The notes beneath the pieces are model-generated. The model saw only the letters and a list, made by a program, of their open reading frames with translations, did no database searches and was not told the origin of the DNA. A stretch of 64,000 nt of DNA from a virus (taxonomy: Duplodnaviria > Caudoviricetes). Within the stretch, counting starts at the first letter, position 1. Each line of letters starts with the position of its first letter. The position numbers and the translations under genes are program-made. This document shows positions 56,666 to 64,000 of this stretch, one piece after another. The stretch lies in the IMG/VR virus record IMGVR_UViG_3300029288_000063, positions 1 to 64,000 of that record. One strand, written 5' to 3'.

Positions 56666-56700
56666 AAAACGACCCTCCCAATGACAAAGAGGGTCGTTTT
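56666..56700 (+). terminator. Terminator (possibly bidirectional)
   Basis: aaaacgaccctc / gagggtcgtttt. Confidence 0.8.
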
Positions 56701-56848
56701 GTGTTCTTGTATTTTTTGTGGATAATTTGTTGAGTTTTCTTTATAAAGTGTTGAAAAAAGTTTGTGAAAAGGTTGTTGCTGGGTTATGTTGCTATTGAAG
56801 GCGGGAAGGAGGGCATGGCCAAATATGGCTTTGAAGTAGGAGAACGCC

Positions 56849-57214
56849 ATGTGCACCTCATCCGTAAAGACGTCCATTCTCCATCGTTTGTTTGATGGGA
56901 AGGTAGACGTTAAAATCGCATGTTCGAGATGGCGTGGCTGCCTGAATGTGCTCTATGGTTTTTTCACAGATGGACATTCGGGTTCGCGCATAAAAATAGA
57001 CGATGTTCGATTAGAGTCGAAAAGCATCCTGAATGAAATTAAGACAGAACGGAAACAATACGACCATGTTCGTGCGTGTGTGATGCGCGACATTGAGAAG
57101 CGGGTTGAAACAATGTTCCTTCATAAATTGGAAGCAAAAAGGAATGAAGACTCTCGTGCAGGTTCGATTATCAGGGCGTCGTTTTCTTCCAAGCGTCCGG
57201 TCAAAAAGAACTAG
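56849..57214 (+). CDS. Hypothetical protein
   Basis: aggag SD. Confidence 0.5.
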   Translation: MCTSSVKTSILHRLFDGKVDVKIACSRWRGCLNVLYGFFTDGHSGSRIKIDDVRLESKSILNEIKTERKQYDHVRACVMRDIEKRVETMFLHKLEAKRNEDSRAGSIIRASFSSKRPVKKN

Positions 57215-57306
57215 ATGTACGGAGTTTGAGATTGTATCGAAGGCAGCCTGAATGGCTGCCTTTTGTTTTTCCAGTTCCGTTCCGAATCGTGTATAATGAA
57301 TCATGA

Positions 57307-57558
57307 ATGGAGAACGGAATGGATAGGTTTGAATGTGTTCACTGTGGCAACAAAACGAACTTTCATTGTTCGTCCATCGAACGTCATGATTGGCTTGTTG
57401 ATTGCTTTGGTGAATTTGTTTCTGACCTTGGTTGTTACGATTCGAGTCGTTCGTCCGATATAATGTGTGCCGAGTGTGGCAAAAAGGCTGAAAAGGTTAA
57501 AGTGGCTGATGAAGGCAAAGGAGTGTATCATGGGTATGTCGAGGTCAGAAGTTCGTAA
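57307..57558 (+). CDS. Zn-ribbon protein
   Basis: CVHCGN...CAECG; tgtataat upstream. Confidence 0.55.
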   Translation: MENGMDRFECVHCGNKTNFHCSSIERHDWLVDCFGEFVSDLGCYDSSRSSDIMCAECGKKAEKVKVADEGKGVYHGYVEVRSS

Positions 57559-57868
57559 GGCTTTGGCGTCCGCTGTTCAGGCGTCGTCTCCAAAAGCACT
57601 AGATGGGGACTTTGTTCACATCTGGTATCGCTCGTTTCGTAAACCTTCGCCGAGGTCCGTTTCCGAAGCCTGTCGAGCCGAAGAAATGGGACTGCCGAAG
57701 GATCACTACACGGGTCGCCTGATTCGTGTTTGGGAAGACGGGAAGGGCGATCTTCTCATTCGTATGTTTGTCGAGTTGGAGCGTCCGGGCGCAATTTTCT
57801 TTATAGTTGGCGAGCCTATAGGAAGAAGCAGGAACACTTCTTCTTGGTTTGCTTAGGGAGTCCCTTGG

Positions 57869-59011
57869 ATGAATAGTGTTTATTTTGACAACTCCGCCAC
57901 AACGTCGCTTTCCCCGACTGTGTTTGCCGAAATGTCTCCGTTCTTCTTGGAAGAATACGGCAATCCAAACTCTGCCCACTTTATGGGTTCACAGGCGGCC
58001 GAGGCTGTTTATGAGTCCCGTTCCATGATTGCGCAGTGGTTGCACGGACGTGAATACGGTGTATTTTACACATCGGGTGGCACCGAGTCTGACAACTGGG
58101 CCATTCGGAGTGCGGTACGGCAGAGCGGAAAAAATCGTGTCATCGCCTCAGCCGTTGAACACAAAGCTGTTCTTGCGACCCTTCACGACATGGAGCAAAA
58201 TCTTGGCGTTGAGTTTGTCTTGTTGCCAGTGGATTCGTGTGGACGGGTAGACCCGGATTCACTCCGGCGTGCCATCAATAACGACACGGCGTTGGTGTCC
58301 GTTATGATGGCGAATAACGAAACCGGGACGATTCAGTTTCACGAGGAACTGTACGATATCTGCCGAGACCACGGTATTCTGTTCCATTGTGACGCTGTTC
58401 AGGCTATGGGCAAGATTCCTGTGTCGTCCAGTGTGGCTGACATGATTTCCCTGTCGGGTCACAAGTTCCACGGTCCGAAGGGTGTTGGCGTGCTATATGT
58501 TGGCGAGAATGTCTCCCTTGAGCCGTTTATCTGTGGCGGTTCGCAAGAAGGCGGTTTACGCGGCGGCACGACCCCTGTGCCCCTTGTAGTGGGCATGGGT
58601 TATGCACTGCGCACAGCGGCGTCTACAGTTGCGTCATTCGCCGAAGACGTGGGTGCCCTCGGGAAACGTTTAGAGTCCGGTATTCTGGATTCTATTCCAA
58701 ACGTGTCGATAAATGGATACCCGGCGCGTCGTATTCCGGGTTTGGTCAACGTGTGTTTCCGTGGTATCGAATCCAATTCCTTGGTGGCGGCACTATCACG
58801 CCGGTACGGGATTTGTTGTTCCTCCGGCTCCGCGTGTTCGGAAAAAAACACCAAGCCTTCTTATGTTTTGCGTGCTTGTGGTCTGTCGGTTGCAGATGCT
58901 CATGCGTCGGTTCGGTTTTCCCTTGGGAACCTGAATACCGTACAGGAGGTTGATTATGTTTTGAGTGTCCTTCCCCCGTTGGTTGCCGAACTTCGTAAAA
59001 CGGGATTTTGA
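57869..59011 (+). CDS. iscS: Cysteine desulfurase (IscS/NifS class)
   Basis: YFDNSATT, YGNPNS, TSGGTES, EHKAV, ANNETG, HCDAVQ, SGHKFHGPKG, SSGSAC. Confidence 0.95.
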   Translation: MNSVYFDNSATTSLSPTVFAEMSPFFLEEYGNPNSAHFMGSQAAEAVYESRSMIAQWLHGREYGVFYTSGGTESDNWAIRSAVRQSGKNRVIASAVEHKAVLATLHDMEQNLGVEFVLLPVDSCGRVDPDSLRRAINNDTALVSVMMANNETGTIQFHEELYDICRDHGILFHCDAVQAMGKIPVSSSVADMISLSGHKFHGPKGVGVLYVGENVSLEPFICGGSQEGGLRGGTTPVPLVVGMGYALRTAASTVASFAEDVGALGKRLESGILDSIPNVSINGYPARRIPGLVNVCFRGIESNSLVAALSRRYGICCSSGSACSEKNTKPSYVLRACGLSVADAHASVRFSLGNLNTVQEVDYVLSVLPPLVAELRKTGF

Positions 59012-59038
59012 TTACCCATAGTGTTTCCCCTCCCCACT

Positions 59039-59074
59039 GGCGGCGTGGTCTTTAAGACACGCCGTCTTTTTTTT
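59039..59074 (+). terminator. Rho-independent terminator
   Basis: ggcggcgtg / cacgccgtc followed by T-run. Confidence 0.8.
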
Positions 59075-59385
59075 GACTTTCCCTTCAGTTAGCCTCCTTG
59101 ATTTGTCGATGTAACAATCACGGCAATAATGCCGCAAGGAGAAAATCAAATGATTGTTCGCAGGTTGATGGCACGACTCGTGGTTCTTGTCGCTGTTGGT
59201 TTGCTTCGTCTGGCTGTCGCCCTAGGTGGCGTTGGTCGTTACGATATTGAAATTGGTGTGTGTCCGATGGACCCCGAGCCTGTTTGGTGTATTGTGGCTT
59301 CGATTGTTGGGCTGCCAATTTTCTGGTTCGTTATCGTTGTGTTCTTCGCGGCTACCGGTGACATGTGAAAAGGGAGGGGCACAAA

Positions 59386-59637
59386 ATGGAATCGTATAAC
59401 TGGATTGACAGTGTGATGCGGCGCTCGTTGCGCGAAAAACTTGCCTCATACGACGAATCGAAAGCGCGGTGGGATGCGCTGGTGAAAAAAGGTGAAAGCT
59501 CTATGTCGAAAAACGGGGAACAAGCTGAGGCGTATTTTTTCGCGGCATTGGATATGGAAGATGAACTGACTTGCAAAATAACTGAACTGTATAGGCTGAG
59601 AGATGCCATTTTACGCAAGGAAAAGGGAATCAAATAA
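59386..59637 (+). CDS. Hypothetical helical protein
   Basis: gggagg SD. Confidence 0.55.
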   Translation: MESYNWIDSVMRRSLREKLASYDESKARWDALVKKGESSMSKNGEQAEAYFFAALDMEDELTCKITELYRLRDAILRKEKGIK

Positions 59638-59707
59638 GATTCCCTTTTTTTTTATATCTTGTCTTTATGCGACATCATGTTTTTGGTTTTCACCGAAAGG
59701 GAAACTC

Positions 59708-60097
59708 ATGAGCGGCGTAAAGACATCGAGCGATGCGCGGAGTTCCGGCCCGTGGGACAACCTCCCGCGTGGGTGGGACAAGTCCAGCCTCGAAAGCTAC
59801 TGGAAGACCATGACTGGCGAAGTAAAGCACAAAGTCACGAAGTGCATAAAGGACATGGAGGGGAAGATTGATGACCCCGGAGCCTTTTGTGCGTCGTTGG
59901 CTGATAAGGTCGAGGGGAAAGAATGGCGTTCCCGTCGCTCGTTTGTTGCGTCTGATGTAGCCCGAGAAATCGTTTTGATTGCACGTGAACTCTCCGAAGA
60001 ATCCCCAAAAGAAAATAGCCGTGTATCTGCGATTTCCGACCGCGTGGCGAAGAGTCTCGTGTCGGAATTTGAATTAAAAACCCGGAGATGTAGGTAG
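59708..60097 (+). CDS. Hypothetical protein with AxE..xARExx motif
   Basis: DDPGAFCASL; VAREIVLIARELS. Confidence 0.6.
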   Translation: MSGVKTSSDARSSGPWDNLPRGWDKSSLESYWKTMTGEVKHKVTKCIKDMEGKIDDPGAFCASLADKVEGKEWRSRRSFVASDVAREIVLIARELSEESPKENSRVSAISDRVAKSLVSEFELKTRRCR

Positions 60098-60244
60098 ATT
60101 TGCCCGGAGGCGTAGGTATACGCCTAAAACGGGTCGTTTTGTATTTACCTTTTGTGGTAAGGGTTTATGCGTTTGCTTTGTGGTTCCGCTGTGACGCAAT
60201 AACTATAATAATAGTATGATAGTATCTCTTTATGGGGTTTTAAG

Positions 60245-60538
60245 ATGCCAGTAGACCGTCGTGATGTAGACAAGCATCATCCTTTGAAGGGTGTTCAACG
60301 CCGGAAGGAATTGAAGCGGAAGCGTGTTTACAATCGCAAGCACAAGACGGAATTGAATCACAAGATGGATCGCATAGAGAAAAAAGATTGTTATGGGAAG
60401 CCGAAGGGTTGCAGTCGTGAGAAGCGTCGTTGGCGTTTTCCTAGGACGGGTGGGTTTTCACAAAAACTGGTTAATGACATTATTGCATCGGAGCTTTTGG
60501 TTATTGCGCGTTTGCTTGTTTCGTCGTCGTCCCTTTAG
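60245..60538 (+). CDS. Very basic protein with C-terminal AxE..xAR motif
   Basis: K/R-rich; IASELLVIARLLVS. Confidence 0.6.
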   Translation: MPVDRRDVDKHHPLKGVQRRKELKRKRVYNRKHKTELNHKMDRIEKKDCYGKPKGCSREKRRWRFPRTGGFSQKLVNDIIASELLVIARLLVSSSSL

Positions 60539-60552
60539 GGGAGGGTTTAATT

Positions 60553-60858
60553 ATGCGCCGGTATGAGATGTTAGTTGCGGGTTCCAAGAGTATTCGAGGT
60601 ATTCGTTCTCGTGATTTTTTCAATGGTGATATGTCCTCTGTGTTGGACGAATTATTTCGGACTATTGTGACTGTTCTTGTGTGTGTGTTGGTATTTGGTG
60701 TTGTTGCGTTTGTTGGTATTGATGTAGCGGCTATTTGCGCGATGGTTGGTTTTTGGGGTGTATGGGCGTTGTGGGTGAAGGTTTTGTCTGTGTTTGGGTT
60801 TGTTTTGGCGAACGGATTTGTTTTAGGTTTTATTTTATGGTTGCGTCAGGGGGTCTAA
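60553..60858 (+). CDS. Membrane protein
   Basis: Two hydrophobic segments. Confidence 0.5.
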   Translation: MRRYEMLVAGSKSIRGIRSRDFFNGDMSSVLDELFRTIVTVLVCVLVFGVVAFVGIDVAAICAMVGFWGVWALWVKVLSVFGFVLANGFVLGFILWLRQGV

Positions 60859-60861
60859 AAA

Positions 60862-61176
60862 ATGAGCGAGAACGGTCAGAGTCGTGATAGTGGTTTTGTT
60901 GATTCGTTGCTTTCGACATGGCGGAAGGACGCGTTGGTTTTATCGGGTCATTTTGCGAAGTTATGGGCGGCGAAGTTTATGGATGGTTTACGTGCTCGTG
61001 GGAAAGATTTTGGTGAGGAGTACGGTGAGGGTGCTGAGTGTGTGTATGTGAGTTCGGGGATATCCGCAATGCAGGCGGAGATGTTGAAGGCTGAGAAATC
61101 AGTGGAGCGGAGTTGCAAGGTTCGTTCGGCTGTTGCGGCCGAGATGTTGAAGGTTGCCCGCGAGCTGTTGTCGTAA
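60862..61176 (+). CDS. Hypothetical protein with C-terminal AxE..xARE motif
   Basis: VAAEMLKVARELLS. Confidence 0.6.
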   Translation: MSENGQSRDSGFVDSLLSTWRKDALVLSGHFAKLWAAKFMDGLRARGKDFGEEYGEGAECVYVSSGISAMQAEMLKAEKSVERSCKVRSAVAAEMLKVARELLS

Positions 61177-61214
61177 CGACGCAATAATCGAAAATAGGAT
61201 AGATTGGAGTTTCG

Positions 61215-61616
61215 ATGGACACTAAGACAGCGATGAATCTTGTAAAGAAGTATGGGACGTCGAAGGCGGCGGCGGAGGCAGCCGGTGTATCGCGTCATGT
61301 TATTTTCCGTGCGTTGAAGAAGGGTCGTATTTCGGCGGAGTGTGGTAGTGCCGAAAAGCGGAAGACGTTGACATCGTTTCGGGAGTTATATGACCGGAGT
61401 TTTATTGTTCCGAAGCGGATTAAGGCGGCGTTGAAGATGTTGGGGAATGGTTGGGAGTATGAGGTTGACTTTGCGAAGTTGGCCGGTGTTTCTCTTTCTG
61501 AGTTGTCGACCCACAGAGATGATTTTCCAGACAACGTGGTTCAGATAGGTCGTGATGGTCGTCGTGCGTGGGCTGGTACGAAATCTTTGGCGGCCCAGAT
61601 GCGGAATATGATTTAA
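61215..61616 (+). CDS. HTH DNA-binding protein
   Basis: KYGT...AAEAAGVSRH...RAL. Confidence 0.6.
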   Translation: MDTKTAMNLVKKYGTSKAAAEAAGVSRHVIFRALKKGRISAECGSAEKRKTLTSFRELYDRSFIVPKRIKAALKMLGNGWEYEVDFAKLAGVSLSELSTHRDDFPDNVVQIGRDGRRAWAGTKSLAAQMRNMI

Positions 61617-61633
61617 TCAGAAGGAGAAGAACC

Positions 61634-62473
61634 GTGGCGAAGAACTTATCTGATTTTGAGAAGGCACATGGCACTCCGAAGATCAAGTCGTTGGAGCGTC
61701 GTTTAGCGGCGGAGCGTGAGAAGGTAGCGGCGTTGAGTGGTATTCAGCATCGTGTTGCCGTGGAGCGTCGTAAGTCGTGCAATCTTCGTTTTGCTTTGAT
61801 TGGTGATTTGCATATTGGCAGTTTGTATGCCCATGAGGGTGCGTTGGAGGGTTTTTTCCGGCACTTGGAGTCGGAGGGCATCAAGGACTGTTATGTGACG
61901 GGTGACGTGTTGGATGGTCATCGGATTTACAAGGGTCAGGAGTTTGAGGTTCGTGATGTTGGTTTGGATGCGCAGTTGGCGCGTTTGGAAAGTTTGGACC
62001 TTTCCGACAAGGTGAATGTGAGTTTTATTACGGGGAACCATGATGCCTCGTTCAAGCATTTGTGTGGTGTTTCGGTTGGGAAGGCGATATCGGATATTCG
62101 TCCGGGCTGGAAGTTTTTGGGTGAAGACCAAGCGCGGGTGAAGTTTGAAACGCCGTCGGGTCCGTATGAAATCATGTTGTTGCATCCGGGCGGTGGTTCT
62201 GCGTACGCTGTTTCGTACAAGCCGCAGAAAATTGCGGAGCAGCTTGAGGGCGGCAACAAGCCGAACATGCTGTGCATTGGTCATTTTCACAAGGCGGAGA
62301 TGGTTCCGATGTATAGGAACATTTGCCTTGTTCAGACGGGGACCTTTTGTCGGCAAACTCCGTTTATGGCGCGGCAGGGTTTGGCGGCGCATGTTGGTGG
62401 GTGGGTTTTTGAGGTTTTTGTTGGCGAAGACCACAATTCGATTCGTGGTGAGTTTGTTGCTGTTTACATCTGA
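61634..62473 (+). CDS. Calcineurin-like metallophosphoesterase
   Basis: GDLHIGS, GDVLDG, GNHD, LHP, GHFH. Confidence 0.85.
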   Translation: MAKNLSDFEKAHGTPKIKSLERRLAAEREKVAALSGIQHRVAVERRKSCNLRFALIGDLHIGSLYAHEGALEGFFRHLESEGIKDCYVTGDVLDGHRIYKGQEFEVRDVGLDAQLARLESLDLSDKVNVSFITGNHDASFKHLCGVSVGKAISDIRPGWKFLGEDQARVKFETPSGPYEIMLLHPGGGSAYAVSYKPQKIAEQLEGGNKPNMLCIGHFHKAEMVPMYRNICLVQTGTFCRQTPFMARQGLAAHVGGWVFEVFVGEDHNSIRGEFVAVYI

Positions 62474-62482
62474 AGGGGGTTT

Positions 62483-62887
62483 GTGATGGGTGCCGAGAGA
62501 ATAGCCGGTGAGTTGATGGTGTTGGCGCGTGAGCTTATTGGTGGTGTTGTGAGTGCCGAGGAGTATAACGCGCTGGACATTGACGGGCTGTCGAAAGCCG
62601 CATCGTCTGTGTTTGGTTTTCCTGTAAAGCTTGACGGTGCGAGCGCCAAGAAGTACGGGCGTGGCGGGTATGAGTTTCGGATGGAACTGAGTCCTCGTGA
62701 TGCAGGTAAGCTTTCCCGGATGTTCAAGGCGATATGGGTTGTTGCGACTATTCACGCGGATGTTCCGGAAAAGGTTTGGTGTTCGCTTGGGTTCCGTTAT
62801 GACCATCCGGCGGGTGGTTCGAATGGTTATTCTATTGGTGGTGGTCGTTTTAACGGGTCGTCGTGGTCTGTAAACTATTCTGGATAA
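62483..62887 (+). CDS. Hypothetical protein with N-terminal AxE..xARE motif
   Basis: IAGELMVLARELIG; YDHP.GGSNG. Confidence 0.6.
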   Translation: MMGAERIAGELMVLARELIGGVVSAEEYNALDIDGLSKAASSVFGFPVKLDGASAKKYGRGGYEFRMELSPRDAGKLSRMFKAIWVVATIHADVPEKVWCSLGFRYDHPAGGSNGYSIGGGRFNGSSWSVNYSG

Positions 62888-62895
62888 GGTTTCGT

Positions 62896-63267
62896 ATGCA
62901 TACTCCAAGGATTCGGAACATTGTGACGTCATCCGGGTATATCGAGTTTGAGGCGATACCGTCGTGGTATCAAATTGAGGTGTATTCATATACCCGGCAC
63001 AAAGTGGGTTCCCATGTGAAGAATAGTGGCTTTGTTTATACTGACCATATTGGGAAGCGTTATCACCTTCGTTGTCGTTTGAAGCGTGGTGTGAACTCGT
63101 GGACTGTGCCGGAGTCGTTTTTCCGTCATAACAAGCACAACTACTTCAAATTCTCCTTGCGGGATTCTATTTCTGGCGAGTTGTCGGAGTTGGGTGGGGT
63201 GACGGTGAAGACGGTGAAGATGGTTGAGTGGGAACAAGTTGGTTCCCGTGTGTATATGGTTCATTGA
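62896..63267 (+). CDS. Hypothetical protein
   Basis: aaggt SD, ORF. Confidence 0.5.
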   Translation: MHTPRIRNIVTSSGYIEFEAIPSWYQIEVYSYTRHKVGSHVKNSGFVYTDHIGKRYHLRCRLKRGVNSWTVPESFFRHNKHNYFKFSLRDSISGELSELGGVTVKTVKMVEWEQVGSRVYMVH

Positions 63268-63385
63268 AAAATAGAGCAAGGGGACAACACGTAGACTACC
63301 CAGTTCCGAGAATGTCCACGTGACTATCCACCGGGACAAGGGAGTCTCTAATGTTCCCTAAACCTCGTTTATTTAGGAGCAAGAA

Positions 63386-63685
63386 ATGAAAAAGACATTA
63401 GTTGCGAAGGAAATGCTTGTTCTTGCGCGTGCTTTGGTGGCTGCGCCGTCTGAGGGTGAGCGTGTTGTGGTTGTGGATGCGATAGCGAAGACGCGTGAGC
63501 TTCTTTCGTCTTTAGATATGCTGGTAGACAAGATGTCGTACTCGAAGGAGAAAGATATCTCGTTGCAGGCGAAGCGTGTGCGTAGCATCAATACGGTGAA
63601 GCAGGCTATGTCGTCTCTTTCCAATGCGCACAAGGCGTTGGCGGGTGCGTTTCATTTGGGCTATTTTTCGACGTCGAACAGGTGA
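63386..63685 (+). CDS. Hypothetical protein with N-terminal AxE..xAR motif
   Basis: VAKEMLVLARALVA; aggag SD. Confidence 0.6.
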   Translation: MKKTLVAKEMLVLARALVAAPSEGERVVVVDAIAKTRELLSSLDMLVDKMSYSKEKDISLQAKRVRSINTVKQAMSSLSNAHKALAGAFHLGYFSTSNR

Positions 63686-63688
63686 GTC

Positions 63689-64000
63689 ATGGCCAAGCTT
63701 GATAAAAACTTTTTTGACTATTCCGACCTTGCAAAGCAAGAGTGGCGGTCGTTGGTGGTTAAGGCGAAAGATGCGTCCAGTATCGTTTTCGATTTAGAGA
63801 ACGATGAGTCCGTGGAGCAGCGTCGTGTTGCCGTGGATACGCCCGAGGACGCGTTTGAGTCTGCCCGAGGTGGGATGGTAGATGAAAAGGCTCGGTTCAA
63901 GTGTGAGCTTTGTAAGGCGGGTGGTGATTGGCAGCAGTCGACGTATTACTTCCGTTGCCAGAAATATGAGGGTTCGGCAGGGATAATTGGCGATGGCAGG
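63689..64000 (+). CDS. Partial hypothetical protein running off the window
   Basis: MAKLDKNFFDYS... open to the end. Confidence 0.55.
   Translation, partial: MAKLDKNFFDYSDLAKQEWRSLVVKAKDASSIVFDLENDESVEQRRVAVDTPEDAFESARGGMVDEKARFKCELCKAGGDWQQSTYYFRCQKYEGSAGIIGDGR

Noticed and set aside
1-64000. Stop-codon reassignment as seen in some large phages
   Set aside because: Recognisable genes are full length in the standard code and end at TAA, TAG or TGA at expected positions (RtcB and Def TAG, IscS TGA)

Overview
This window looks like a gene-dense accessory segment of a large (jumbo-type) bacteriophage genome. Almost all genes are on the + strand and use the standard genetic code. The phage assignment is inferred from gene content (many small hypotheticals, RtcB, a stand-alone Rad50 C-half, CobS/CobT-like AAA/vWA pair, inteins, homing endonucleases); no capsid, terminase or polymerase gene is certainly present. 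Strand composition flips sharply from C/A-rich to G/T-rich at about 1.2-1.4 kb, a candidate replication origin or genome-end junction. Recognisable functions: three radical SAM enzymes, cysteine desulfurase, RNA/nucleotide repair enzymes (RtcB, PNK-like kinase, cyclic-phosphate receiver, two metallophosphoesterases, HD hydrolase, two tandem CCA/poly(A)-type nucleotidyltransferases), two CX5R phosphatases, a peptide deformylase-SEC-C fusion, CoaE, a C5 DNA methylase, a BCS1-like AAA, SPFH and 3D-domain proteins. Highlights: (1) a 31.5-37.9 kb locus where four proteins and one remnant share an N-terminal MKxRxGFVSNSSSxSF motif and surround two radical SAM genes, a candidate undescribed protein-modification system; (2) one of these radical SAM genes is fractured by a naturally split intein inside its CxxxCxxC motif, with a free-standing HNH gene between the halves; (3) two unusual tRNA-like RNAs, one circularly permuted (YrlA-like) and one with a branched anticodon insert downstream of a leader peptide; (4) dispersed protein motif families and a recurring sigma28-like promoter motif. 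All family assignments come from motif recognition by eye; no database searches were run.
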